This document shows positions 27,273 to 37,057 of a stretch of 64,000 nucleotides of DNA, in pieces. Source of the DNA: Minisyncoccota bacterium (lineage in GTDB: Bacteria; Patescibacteriota; Minisyncoccia; Phycocordibacterales; UBA6065); NCBI GenBank assembly GCA_035714745.1, contig DASTLR010000003.1:161-64160 (forward strand), given 5' to 3'. Numbering within the stretch: the stretch's first letter is position 1; every line of letters starts with the position of its first letter. Position numbers and translations under genes: made by a program. The notes under the pieces are model-generated. The model had not been told where the DNA came from. It ran no database searches and worked only from the letters and a program-made list of their open reading frames with translations.

Positions 27273-27425
27273 GGGAATAAGCCTATTTTAGCAGGTTAGA
27301 CGCCAATAGACACGGGTGGATACTGCTAGCTACTTGTGCCCTAGGCGGCATGAATTGTAAATGGAGCTTTCTATGAAAGAAAAAGCGGCCAGAACGATAG
27401 TTTCTGGCCGCTGGAGGCCTCTCCC

Positions 27426-28730
27426 TTATGGGACGAGGCGTGTGGGACCGCGATACAGGTAGGTAACCTCACGGACATTCTTGCGATCCAGGAGGATCAT
27501 CAGAAGCCGCGTCAGGCCGAGGCCGAATCCGCCATGCGGAGGGCATCCGTAGCGGAAGAAGTCGATGTAGTGCTTGATCGACTCAAGGGGGATTCCCTTC
27601 TCGGCCGCTTGCGCCGACAGGACGTCGACGCGATGCTCGCGCTGGGCGCCGGTGGTCACTTCCAGGCCGTGCCAGAGGAGATCGAAGCTCTTGGTGAGCG
27701 TTGGGTCATCCTCATGGCGACGGTGATAGAAGGGTCGCACCTCGACTGGATAGTCCGTCACGAACACGAACTCGTGGCCAGTCTTCTCCTTGATGTATTC
27801 GGCGAGCATGCGCTCACCGGGTGGGTCGAGGTCTTCCTTGTGGGCGATCGCGTGGCCGCGCTCGGCCAGGATGGCCCGGGCTTCGGCGAGCGGGATACGC
27901 GGGAACGGCAGCATCGGAACGACGACGTCGATCCCGGTGAGCCGCTTTATCTCGTCTCCGCATTCCTTCTGGACGTAGCCGAGCGCGTAAGCGATCAGGC
28001 GCTCTTCGAGCGCCATCACGTCTTCGTGCGACTCGATCCAGGACATCTCCACGTCGACGGAGGTGAACTCCGTGTCGTGGCGGGCTGTGAACGAAGGATT
28101 AGCGCGGAAGACCGGGCCGATCTCGAAGATACGGTCGAGCCCTGCTGCCATCGCCATCTGCTTGTAGAACTGCGGCGATTGGGCGAGCGTGGCTTTGCCG
28201 CCGAAGTAGTCGAGCTGGAACAGCTCGGCCCCTGATTCGCTTGCCGTGCCCATGAGCTTCGGCGAGTGGATCTCCATGAAGCCGTTCTGCAGCCAGAACT
28301 GCCGCATCCCCTGCTCCAGAGCTGTCTGGACCTTGAAGATGAGGGTGTTCTCGGGACGGCGGATGCTAAGCGCCCGCCAGTCGAGCTGGAGGTCGAGACC
28401 GGATTCGGCTGTGATCGGGAGCAATTGCTCCGCGGGGCCGACATCCTCGATCGAATCGAGCACGATCTCCACGCCCCCGAGCTTAGCGCTCGGATTGGCG
28501 ACGACCTTGCCCGAGGCGATGATGGCGGATTCCTGCGTCAGCGCGCTGATAGCAGCGCCGAGCGGGTCTCCTTCCTTCTTCTCGTGGCAGAGCTGGATCA
28601 TGCCGGTATGGTCCCGGAGGACCACGAACTGCATGCGCTTCTGGTCGCGGATCGCGTGTGCGAAACCCGCAACTGTGACGATCGAGCCCGAGAGCGCTGA
28701 CACATCCCTGGTCAATGTTCGATTAATCAT
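27426..28730 (-). CDS. aspS: Aspartyl-tRNA synthetase, archaeal/short type (possibly non-discriminating)
   Basis: An N-terminal OB fold is followed by a class II core with motifs 1-3 (FRANPSFTARHDTEFT, QSPQFYKQ, FFRYGCPPHGGFGLGLTRL). The probable start is the ATG at 28730 (MINRTL...); the track ORF extends to 28805. Confidence 0.85.
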   Translation of the reverse strand: MINRTLTRDVSALSGSIVTVAGFAHAIRDQKRMQFVVLRDHTGMIQLCHEKKEGDPLGAAISALTQESAIIASGKVVANPSAKLGGVEIVLDSIEDVGPAEQLLPITAESGLDLQLDWRALSIRRPENTLIFKVQTALEQGMRQFWLQNGFMEIHSPKLMGTASESGAELFQLDYFGGKATLAQSPQFYKQMAMAAGLDRIFEIGPVFRANPSFTARHDTEFTSVDVEMSWIESHEDVMALEERLIAYALGYVQKECGDEIKRLTGIDVVVPMLPFPRIPLAEARAILAERGHAIAHKEDLDPPGERMLAEYIKEKTGHEFVFVTDYPVEVRPFYHRRHEDDPTLTKSFDLLWHGLEVTTGAQREHRVDVLSAQAAEKGIPLESIKHYIDFFRYGCPPHGGFGLGLTRLLMILLDRKNVREVTYLYRGPTRLVP

Positions 28731-28749
28731 GATTTGCCTTGCTTTATTT

Positions 28750-30069
28750 TTACGGCGAGATTTTACGCCGGAAAATGCGTGGGAACGGAATGGCGTCGCG
28801 CACATGCGGGATGTTGAGCATCCAGCGGATCATGCGTTCGACCCCCATGCCGAAAGCCGCGTGAGGAACGCAGCCGAGTTGGTGGACGTCACGGACGAAT
28901 TCGAAGCGCGGATCACCATGCTTGCCCTTATCCTTGAGCCGCTCGTCGAGTTCGCGGAGTTGATGGATTTTCTCGGCGGTGCCGAGGAGCTCGCCGTAGC
29001 CATTGCTCGCGATCAGGTCGGCGACGCGAGTGATTCGCGTGTCGGCCGGATCGATGCAATACGGGAACGGTTCGATAGTCCGGGGTATCCCAGTGATCCA
29101 GAACGGGCGACCAGGAAAGAGCTTGGAGAGCAAGGTTTCCTCTTCGGAGCCGAGGCTCTTGCCAAACTCATGTTGCATGCCGAGCGACGAAAGGTGCTTG
29201 ACCGCCTCTTCGTAGCTGATGCGGGGATATGGAACGGACATGCCGTCGGTGCAGAGCGTCGTGCCGAGCACCTGGAGCTCTTCCGAGAGCTCCTTCTGGC
29301 ATTTCTTGGTGAGGAAACAGATGATGTCCTCAACCATCTTGATGATGCAGTCGAGGTCGCACCAAGCCACCTCGGCCTTGATATGCCAGTATTCCATGAG
29401 GTGCCGTTTGCTGCGGCCCTCTTCCCCGCGGAAGCTCGGTCCCATATTGTAGACGCGCTCGAAGGCGTGGACCGCCGCTTCGAGGTAGTATCCGACGCAT
29501 TGCGTCAAGAATACATCCTCGTCATGGACGGTCAGCTTCATGGCCGTGCCGTCTTCGTAGAGCGGCACCGGCGTGAGTATCGGCGCGTCGATCGATGTGA
29601 ACCGGTTGTCTCGGAACCACTGCCGCATGTGATGCATCAGGCTGTCCCGATATTTCAAGATGGCCATTACCTTCGGGTTGCGGAGGTAGATATGGCGGTT
29701 GGCGAGCAGATGGGGCGTCATGCCTTCTGCGAAGATGTCGAAGTCGGAGCGCGGGTGCGGATCGAATCCGCGGGTGACCCCGCCGACGAGCGTGATGTCA
29801 TGCGCGGCGATTTCGAGGCGGCCTTTAGGCGTCCTCGAAACGACTCCTTTGACGACGATGCCTGATTCGACAGGGATATCCCTGGCGATCTCAGACGCTC
29901 CGTTCGAGCCATGCTCGGCGGAGACGACGACTTGGATCTTGCCCGTGCTGTCGGACACATCCAAGAACGTGATGCGGCCCTGGTCCCGCTTGGAGGAGAC
30001 CCAGCCTGACAAGTCGACCTGGTCTCCGGGTTGAGCCCGGAGGAGGTCGGCTACGAATACAGTCTTCAT
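28750..30069 (-). CDS. asnS: Asparaginyl-tRNA synthetase
   Basis: Class II motifs are MGPSFRGEEGRSKRHLMEYWHIKAEVAW and GCVPHAAFGMGVERMIRW. An N-terminal OB fold is present. Length is 439 aa. Confidence 0.8.
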   Translation of the reverse strand: MKTVFVADLLRAQPGDQVDLSGWVSSKRDQGRITFLDVSDSTGKIQVVVSAEHGSNGASEIARDIPVESGIVVKGVVSRTPKGRLEIAAHDITLVGGVTRGFDPHPRSDFDIFAEGMTPHLLANRHIYLRNPKVMAILKYRDSLMHHMRQWFRDNRFTSIDAPILTPVPLYEDGTAMKLTVHDEDVFLTQCVGYYLEAAVHAFERVYNMGPSFRGEEGRSKRHLMEYWHIKAEVAWCDLDCIIKMVEDIICFLTKKCQKELSEELQVLGTTLCTDGMSVPYPRISYEEAVKHLSSLGMQHEFGKSLGSEEETLLSKLFPGRPFWITGIPRTIEPFPYCIDPADTRITRVADLIASNGYGELLGTAEKIHQLRELDERLKDKGKHGDPRFEFVRDVHQLGCVPHAAFGMGVERMIRWMLNIPHVRDAIPFPRIFRRKISP

Positions 30070-30176
30070 AGTCTGACCCTTCCTTGGTTGGTTATTGTAT
30101 CGGTTTCGAGGAACTTCGGTCTGTGCCGGAGTCTTGTTTCACATTAATGAAAAAAGCAAACTGTGTCAATACCTAC

Positions 30177-31236
30177 TTAGAATTCGATGGATATGGTTCG
30201 GGCGGCCGGGTCGATTCGCACCTTTCTACCATACGGTATGGGTATCTGAGGATGTGTGTGCCCAAAATCAAGATTTTGTATTACTGGCGCCTTTGGATTG
30301 TATCGACGGAATTCTGCGAGCACATGTTCCCGCTGTTCGCGCCTGTAAGCAGCTTTAGCAGATGACCCTTTCGGGTCCGAAAAGTTCCACGCTTTTGGAC
30401 GGCCCACAAGGAGGCCTTTGGCAGCTCCTAAGATTTTCTTTCTTCCGAGCTTCCTTAGTATCGAAGCGACTTTTCGAGCAGATGGCACTTCTTCTGAGGT
30501 CTCAATGAGCAGAACCGCGTCCTTGAATTGATCAAGTGTCGGCATATCATTTCCCGAATCAAGCATTGCATTGATTGACTCAAGACAACCACCCCATGTT
30601 ATTCCCTCCACTATCAAGTCTCCGTCCCAGAACCAACCCTCATTTGGTTCGAAACATCGCTCCTGCTTAAGCGACTCTGGATTACTCCAGTCGACGTCGA
30701 CATCAGAGTATACGCTACTCGACATGAGGTCCACCCGGCCCTTCCTGAAGAGCGCCTGATTGATAAAACGATCTGTGAACTTATCAGGTCCTTCCTTGTG
30801 GGCGAATTGGGTGAAGAGTGCCGCGCCGTAATACGAAGGCACGCCAAGGAGCCAGAGGAAACTCATGAAATGGGTATTGTCGCTGAAGCCAAAAAAAGGC
30901 TTAGGGTTTAATGCGAACGGTTTCCGAGGCAAGAGCTTCATATATGTTGCCTGATCATCGCCACCAAGAGTGGTCACTACCCCTTTGATTTCCGAGTCAG
31001 AGAAGGCTGCAACTAGATCATTGATACGCTCGTCGACTGACGCGCCGAGTTTTCCTGTTGAGGGATATTCTACGGGGATAAGCCCGAGCTTACGGATTTG
31101 CTTCAAGCCAAGCTCATATACATGAGGCCACTTCCCCGGCGCGGCAAATGAAGGTGATAATATTGCCACCTTGTCACCTCTTTGGAGTTTTCGGAGTCTC
31201 TTGAATCTCACAAGATAATCATACGATATAAACATA
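30177..31236 (-). CDS. LD-carboxypeptidase, peptidase family S66 (LdcA/MccF family), in a low-GC island
   Basis: GDKVAILSPSF marks the family's N-terminal conserved segment, and the nucleophile Ser is in GFSDNTHF. The ATG at 31236 (MFISYDYLV...) sits just after a perfect terminator. The longer track ORF to 31490 reads through that terminator. Confidence 0.8.
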
Positions 31237-31258
31237 AAAAGGGCGCCGTAAGGCGCCC
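31236..31258 (-). terminator. Rho-independent terminator after the amidohydrolase gene
   Basis: On the minus strand the sequence is GGGCGCC-UUAC-GGCGCCC followed by UUUUUAUGUUU. Confidence 0.75.
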
Positions 31259-31263
31259 ATCTC

Positions 31264-32298
31264 TCAAAACCCAAAAAAAGCTTCGGCGTTCTTGCGAAAG
31301 ATCCGTTGCTTTGCCTGGTCTCGCATCTCGAGAGGCAAACTCTCGATAGCATTCCGAAGAGCGGTAAGGCAGAGCCAATGGCTATGCTCAGCCCCTTTAG
31401 CCAAGTGTCCATAGACCTTGTGCTCTTCCGGATCGGTCCAATGATACTGATACGATGTGACGATCCGCTGGCCCTTTTCCGGGTGAACATAGGGCCGCGA
31501 CCTGATTAGGTTAAGAGGTTCGTCGCTCCCATACATGATACGGCTGATACCGAAAGATTCGATAGCGAGCTTCATAACCTCTTCCGACGGGTTAAGCGAT
31601 GTATCCATGCTCACGTTCGGAGCTTCAGCGATTCGGCGATAGGCTTCGGCTAAGCCAGATACAACGAATTTCGTCGAACCGAGGTGGGCGATTGATATTC
31701 GTAAGGCTGGGAAATCCGTAACGACCTTCATCAGATCATCCTGGCTTTCCACAATCATCCGGGGTAGATGAAGGATAATCGGGATACCAAATCGCTCAGC
31801 CGCCACAAGGATCTCTGGAGGAAAACATTGATAGATCTCTTTGGCTGTTGGCTCGACATACGAATAATACATTTTGAGTGCCGAAACACGTGGGTGGAGC
31901 AACATCCGAATCGTATACTCGGGATCCTCTGGCAGGCCAAATAAGGCGACCCGATCATTTGGCGGGCTATCAGAGAGCAGATACTGGTTCACTTTGCGAT
32001 GGTCTATGCCCCGGAAAGTTTTAGCGAATCGGAGCGACCTGATCGATTTACCAGGGTGAAAAACCTCTCTTACCTTTTCCGACTCCTCGATCGAAAAGCA
32101 AGGGAAAGTCGAGAGCATATGACGAAAGGTCTTTTCGCCCATATCTCGGATATGCTCAGGAAGTGTTGCATGGGCATGACAATCGACGATATCGCTTGGC
32201 AGCCAACGAGTGAATGACTCGATGGATGTTTTCTCTCGGTCAGAGAGCGCCATGGCATGCGCGAGATACGCATCTCTGTTTATAGTTGTTGCGAGCAT
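31264..32298 (-). CDS. Metal-dependent amidohydrolase (amidohydrolase-2/TIM-barrel hydrolase family)
   Basis: 344 aa. The N-terminal metal-binding motif is IVDCHAH, and later segments are ISIAHLG and MYGSDEP. GC is ~45%. Confidence 0.6.
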   Translation of the reverse strand: MLATTINRDAYLAHAMALSDREKTSIESFTRWLPSDIVDCHAHATLPEHIRDMGEKTFRHMLSTFPCFSIEESEKVREVFHPGKSIRSLRFAKTFRGIDHRKVNQYLLSDSPPNDRVALFGLPEDPEYTIRMLLHPRVSALKMYYSYVEPTAKEIYQCFPPEILVAAERFGIPIILHLPRMIVESQDDLMKVVTDFPALRISIAHLGSTKFVVSGLAEAYRRIAEAPNVSMDTSLNPSEEVMKLAIESFGISRIMYGSDEPLNLIRSRPYVHPEKGQRIVTSYQYHWTDPEEHKVYGHLAKGAEHSHWLCLTALRNAIESLPLEMRDQAKQRIFRKNAEAFFGF

Positions 32299-32370
32299 GT
32301 GTTGTCTATTTGAGTGTTCATCTCTTAATAGAGCCTACATGCCGCAGATCGAGCAGTCAACCTGTGTACT

Positions 32371-33768
32371 CTACGGCGTCAAACGCTTAACACCTCGATA
32401 AAGATACGTCACATCTCTCACGTTCGAGATGCCGAACACTTTCATTAGCATGCGTGTTGGGCCCGGAGCGAATCCTCCATGTGGGGGACAGCCGTACCTG
32501 AAGAAATCGATATAGGTCTTGAATGAAGCGAGGTTGAGACCTTGCTCCTCGATCTGTTTCGATAATCTCTCAACACGATGCTCCCTTTGGGCTCCGCTCG
32601 TTATCTCGACCCCATTCCATAGGAGGTCAAAGCTTTTGGTGATTGTCGGGTCCTTTTCATCTCGCATGCTGTAGAATGCTCTTACTTCAGTCGGGAAATC
32701 ATGGATAAATACGAATTCATGGCCGAATTTCTCTTTGACATACTCGCATATAGCCCGCTCTTCTTCTGGGCTCATGTCGCCGCCACGCTCATTCGGAATG
32801 CCTCTAGCGGCAAGTATTTTTTTTACTTCACGGATCGATATTCTTGGGAACGGAAGAGCGGGCACAGGCAAATCTCTGCCGTATATCTTAAGAATTTCGT
32901 CGCCGTGCTTTTTTTTGACGGCGGCTATCATCGCCGTCACCATTTTTTCTTCTTGATCCATTAGGTCATGATGTGACGATATATATGACATTTCGATATC
33001 ATACATAGTGAACTCGGTGTCATGTCGGGAAGTGAAAGAAGGATTCGCTCTGAATACAGGACCTACTTCGAAGACACGCTCGAATCCCGCCGCCATCGCC
33101 ATTTGCTTGTACAGCTGAGGAGATTGGGCGAGCTTGGCCGTCTCGTCGAAATATTTCACTTCGAACAGCTCGGCGCCTGACTCTGACGCAGTTGATATGA
33201 GCTTTGGCGAATGAATCTCTATGAAATCGTTTTCGATACAGTACGTTCTAAAGGCCTGCTCCATTGTCGTCCAGACCTTGAATATAAGAGCATTCTCAGG
33301 TTTACGGAGATCGATCCACCTCCAGTCAAGACGTATCTGCTGATCAGTTTCTTCGTTTCCCTTCTTTACGACTACGGGTATAGGCAGCTCTGGATCTGCG
33401 ACAGAGAGTATTTCGAGCCGCGTTATCTCTATCTCTACCCCTCCAGGGGCTTGATCGGCTTTTTTTGCCTTACCTGCGAGTGCGATGACGGATTCGAGCG
33501 AAAGCGTCTTTAATTTTTCGAACTCGGGATTGTCTTTAGTGGCGAGCGCTTGAACCGTGCCTGTTATATCGCGAAGCACTACGAAGATAATCTTGCTCTG
33601 TACTCGCAGGGCATGCACGAATCCCCTAACGACTATTTCTTCTCCCACATGGGCTGCGACTTCCTTGGCGTGGATCATATAATGATATTTGTATCGGAGA
33701 AATAAAAGACCCTCCGAACTCATAGGCTTGTAATGAATTCGCAGGGGCGATTTAGATCGCGGTGCCAC
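32371..33768 (-). CDS. Second aspartyl-tRNA synthetase paralog (archaeal type) encoded in low-GC DNA
   Basis: About 70% aa identity to the 27426..28730 protein across the core (for example HSPKLISTASESGAELFEVKYFDETAKLAQSPQLYKQMAMAAGFERVFEVGPVFRANPSFTSRHDTEFT). All three class II motifs are intact. GC is ~46% versus ~60% for the native copy. The start is uncertain (M1 at 33768, M16, or M31 at 33678). Confidence 0.85.
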   Translation of the reverse strand: MAPRSKSPLRIHYKPMSSEGLLFLRYKYHYMIHAKEVAAHVGEEIVVRGFVHALRVQSKIIFVVLRDITGTVQALATKDNPEFEKLKTLSLESVIALAGKAKKADQAPGGVEIEITRLEILSVADPELPIPVVVKKGNEETDQQIRLDWRWIDLRKPENALIFKVWTTMEQAFRTYCIENDFIEIHSPKLISTASESGAELFEVKYFDETAKLAQSPQLYKQMAMAAGFERVFEVGPVFRANPSFTSRHDTEFTMYDIEMSYISSHHDLMDQEEKMVTAMIAAVKKKHGDEILKIYGRDLPVPALPFPRISIREVKKILAARGIPNERGGDMSPEEERAICEYVKEKFGHEFVFIHDFPTEVRAFYSMRDEKDPTITKSFDLLWNGVEITSGAQREHRVERLSKQIEEQGLNLASFKTYIDFFRYGCPPHGGFAPGPTRMLMKVFGISNVRDVTYLYRGVKRLTP

Positions 33769-33894
33769 CCTGTCTTATAACTCTGTGCCGCGTGCGTGCG
33801 GCGCCCGGAGGCCATCCTCTTCCTCGCCGGTCGTTACTCGGGTCGTCGGAGTCGTATATATGCTATAGCTTTTGGGCGGCTTTTGCAACCGCTC

Positions 33895-35643
33895 TCAGGA
33901 AAGCGCCTGCAGGTCGTGGAGCTTCTTGAATTCGCCGCCCCGTTTGACCAGCTCGTCGTATGTCCCGGCTTCGACGATCTTGCCATCCTTGAACATCAGG
34001 ATGGTGTCGGCCTTGCGGACGGTCGAAAGCCTGTGGGCGATGATGATGGTCGTCCTGCCCTTCATGATCTCGTCGAGGGACTGCACGATATGGCGCTCGC
34101 TGGCCGCGTCGAGGGCGGATGTAGGCTCGTCGAGGATGAGGATCTTTGGATCGCGCAGGAAGGCCCGGGCGATGGCGATGCGCTGCTTCTGGCCGACGGA
34201 GAGCTTCAGTCCGCGCTCGCCGACTTTCTGCTGCCACTGCTCGGGCAAGCGCTCGATGAAGTCGCACTTGGCGAGCCGTGCGGCGCGCTTGACCTCGTCG
34301 TCGGTCGCTTCTGGCTTGCCGTAGCGGATATTGTCCAAGATGGTGCTATTAAAGAGGGTGATCTCCTGCGACACCACGGCGATAGTGGAGCGGAGCGATT
34401 TCAGGTCTACCCTGCGCGTGTCGACGCCGCCGACTTCGACCGCTCCCGACTGCGGCAGATAATACGCCGAGATCAGGTCGATGATGCTCGACTTCCCCAC
34501 GCCCGATTCGCCGACCAGGGCGACCACTTTGCCTTCAGGGACTTGGAACGAGAGCCCTTCGAGCACGGGGCCGCCGTTGTCGTACGAGAACGATACGTCC
34601 TTAAAGGCAATGTCATGGCGGTCGGGCGCCAGAGGCAAGCCCTGGTACGCTTCTTCCTTCTCTATGAGGATCTTGTCAGAGTCCTCCAGGGCGATCAGGC
34701 TGTTCTGGATGCTGCGCCACTGCCTAAAGAATTGCTGGAGCGGCCCAAAGAACTGGCTGGCGTACGAGACCATGGCGCTAAAGACTCCGATGGTCAGGTG
34801 GCCGTCGCGGATGCCCATATATGCGACCCACAGGCCCAGAGCCCGGGCCGTGTTGCCCACGATGCTCTGGAGCAGGGCCATATTCCTCTGCTGGTTATAG
34901 AGCTTGGTGCGGGCCGAGAGCGACTCGTCGAACCATGCCGCGCGCATGCGCTCGCCCTCGGAAGCCTCAAGAGCGGCCTCCTTTACCATGCGCACGTTAA
35001 AGAGCGCGTCGTTGGCGATGCCGCGGGCCTTGGAGTACGAGTCGTTCACTTCGCGCTGGAGTCGGGCGAACTTCTGCAGGGTCGATATGGATATCGCCGA
35101 ATAGACGATCCCCGCCGCGAGCAGGATCCACCCGACTTCCCTCTGGGCCCTAAAGATAAAGACCAGGGCGAAGGCCACATAGACGAGCAACGGCAAAAGG
35201 TTGAAGACGTACTCAGACCAGAACATCGGTATGGCGCTGACGCCGCGCTGGACCTTTTCGGATACCTCTCCCTGGCGGTTCGTCTTGTGAAAGGATATCG
35301 GCAGGCGCAAGAGGCGCATATAGATGCGGTGCAGGTAGGTCAGGCGCATGCTCTCGTCCACGAATTGGGAGAGCCGTCCCTGGTAGTTGGCCACAAAGCT
35401 CGTGCCAAAGGTGATGGCCACCAGGAGGGCGATCATCTGGAGCGTCTGGGTCTCTGCCTTGCCGCTGACGATCGAGTCGATGACCCGCCCAAGGACTAAC
35501 GGAAAGGCGGCGTTGAGCAAGCCCAGGCCAAGGATGAGGACGAGTACGACAGATAGCCGCCCGCGGAAGCCCTTGGTAGTCTCGAACATCACGCCCAGCC
35601 CCTTCATGGCGTCAGAGAAGGTGTATGACTTTTCCTTTTTCAT
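33895..35643 (-). CDS. ABC exporter, fused permease-ATPase (MsbA/multidrug type)
   Basis: A six-TM N-terminal domain is followed by an NBD with Walker A (GESGVGKSS), the signature LSVGQKQRIAIARA, and Walker B (ILILDE). Its start abuts the trpS stop. Confidence 0.9.
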   Translation of the reverse strand: MKKEKSYTFSDAMKGLGVMFETTKGFRGRLSVVLVLILGLGLLNAAFPLVLGRVIDSIVSGKAETQTLQMIALLVAITFGTSFVANYQGRLSQFVDESMRLTYLHRIYMRLLRLPISFHKTNRQGEVSEKVQRGVSAIPMFWSEYVFNLLPLLVYVAFALVFIFRAQREVGWILLAAGIVYSAISISTLQKFARLQREVNDSYSKARGIANDALFNVRMVKEAALEASEGERMRAAWFDESLSARTKLYNQQRNMALLQSIVGNTARALGLWVAYMGIRDGHLTIGVFSAMVSYASQFFGPLQQFFRQWRSIQNSLIALEDSDKILIEKEEAYQGLPLAPDRHDIAFKDVSFSYDNGGPVLEGLSFQVPEGKVVALVGESGVGKSSIIDLISAYYLPQSGAVEVGGVDTRRVDLKSLRSTIAVVSQEITLFNSTILDNIRYGKPEATDDEVKRAARLAKCDFIERLPEQWQQKVGERGLKLSVGQKQRIAIARAFLRDPKILILDEPTSALDAASERHIVQSLDEIMKGRTTIIIAHRLSTVRKADTILMFKDGKIVEAGTYDELVKRGGEFKKLHDLQALS

Positions 35644-36618
35644 TTAAAGCGTCACGCCGATGTTCTGTTTAACCTCCTTCATGGTGGCGTTGGCCCTTTT
35701 AGCGGCGCGCTTGGCGCCTTTTTCGAGCATCTTTACGACTTTGGCGCGGTTCTGGGCGATCTTCTCGCGGCGCTCGCGCAGAGGGCGGATAAAGTCCTGG
35801 AGGTCTTTGACCAGGGCCTCCTTGAGGATCTTGTACTTGCCCCTGTTCTCGGTATAGAGCCTGTCCAGATATTCCTTGTCGCGGATCAGCTCGTGGATGG
35901 CATAGACATTTGTAGGGATGCCCAGACTCCCCGCCCCGCCCGAGTCGGTGACGATGCCCATGCAGAACGTGCGGATCTCCTCATCCGGAGCGAAGAGCCC
36001 CAGGTCGTTGCCGTAGCTCTTCGACATCTTGCGGCCGTCCTGGCCAGGAACCACTTTGACGTCGTCCATGATGAACGGTTCGGGCAATTTGAAGGTCGGG
36101 CCAAAGAGGGCGTTGAATTTCTGGGCGGTGTCGCGCGCGTACTCGATGTGCTGCTTCTGGTCCTGCCCTACCGGCACGGCGTCGGCGCCATAGAGGAGGA
36201 TGTCCGCCGCCATAAGCATGGGATAGTTGAAGGTGCCGACGGAGATCTCCTTGTCCTTGGCCTCGGCGTCCTTGTAGGCGTGAGCGCGCATCAGGTACGG
36301 CATGGTGGTGATGGTGTCGAAGATCCATGCTAATTCGGTGTGGGCCGGGACGTCGGACTGCTTGAAGATGACCGCCTTGCGCGGGTCCAAGCCGATAGCC
36401 AGGTAGTCGATGGCCAGGTCGACGATGTTCTCGCGCATAGCCGCTCCGTTCTGGACGAAGTTCAGGGCGTGATAGTCGGCGATCATGAAGTAGCACTCGT
36501 ACTTGCCGCTCTGGAAGAGGCTGACGAACTGGCGCATGGCGCCGAAATAGTTGCCGATATGAGGGCGGCCGGTCGGCTTGACGCCCGAGAGGAGGGTCTT
36601 GCGAGGGGTTATTGCCAT
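35644..36618 (-). CDS. trpS: Tryptophanyl-tRNA synthetase
   Basis: The HIGH region is GVKPTGRPHIGNY and the KMSKS motif is in DGRKMSKSYGN. Length is 324 aa. Confidence 0.95.
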   Translation of the reverse strand: MAITPRKTLLSGVKPTGRPHIGNYFGAMRQFVSLFQSGKYECYFMIADYHALNFVQNGAAMRENIVDLAIDYLAIGLDPRKAVIFKQSDVPAHTELAWIFDTITTMPYLMRAHAYKDAEAKDKEISVGTFNYPMLMAADILLYGADAVPVGQDQKQHIEYARDTAQKFNALFGPTFKLPEPFIMDDVKVVPGQDGRKMSKSYGNDLGLFAPDEEIRTFCMGIVTDSGGAGSLGIPTNVYAIHELIRDKEYLDRLYTENRGKYKILKEALVKDLQDFIRPLRERREKIAQNRAKVVKMLEKGAKRAAKRANATMKEVKQNIGVTL

Positions 36619-36662
36619 GCGGAAATGATAGCAGATTATGGCCGCGTTTTCACGCTTTGGAG

Positions 36663-36953
36663 CTATTCCATCCAGGAGCGGTTGATGACTATCTTTTTCA
36701 CATCGACCTCCCTCTGCAAGTATCGTTCAAGCTCGCCGAGAGAGACAAAATACGCCTGGCCAGCTCTGTCTGCGCGCAAACCGCCCTGTTTGACCCATTT
36801 GAGGACGGCCGCACGGCTGACTCCCATATAGTCGGCGATTTCCTTTAGAGAGAAAAAGAACGAATCATAGGGCGCTTTGTTGCGAGTGACGAAGCGCTCG
36901 TTCGAGAACGCTCCTTCGCCGTGGTCGAACATCTTCTGCAGGGATTTTTCCAT
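36663..36953 (-). CDS. Small HTH_17/excisionase-family DNA-binding protein
   Basis: 96 aa. The MerR/Xis-type HTH is LKEIADYMGVSRAAVLKWVKQGGL. Confidence 0.55.
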   Translation of the reverse strand: MEKSLQKMFDHGEGAFSNERFVTRNKAPYDSFFFSLKEIADYMGVSRAAVLKWVKQGGLRADRAGQAYFVSLGELERYLQREVDVKKIVINRSWME

Positions 36954-37041
36954 AGACTAGACTGATTACGCCTTTACTGCTAAAGCGGGGCGAGAGATCA
37001 AAGGCGAATCTCCGCTGGTGGTCGGCATAAGCAAAAGGCAA

Positions 37042-37057
37042 GTTAGCAATTGCTAAC
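37042..37057. promoter_or_regulatory. Perfect 16-bp palindrome GTTAGCAATTGCTAAC, about 90 nt upstream of the excisionase-family HTH gene. A candidate operator.
   Basis: Exact inverted repeat. A second weaker palindrome, TGATCacgcGATCA, lies at ~37168. Confidence 0.45.

Noticed and set aside
31237-31490. 85-aa N-terminal extension of the S66 peptidase ORF
   Set aside because: It would read through a perfect GC hairpin/T-tract terminator belonging to the upstream gene. The conserved domain begins at the internal ATG at 31236.
33796-35499. 567-aa plus-strand ORF and a 134-aa minus-strand ORF overlapping the ABC exporter
   Set aside because: They are Arg/Asp/Gly-rich with no motifs, and they are antisense or alternate-frame to a gene with clear Walker, signature and TM features.
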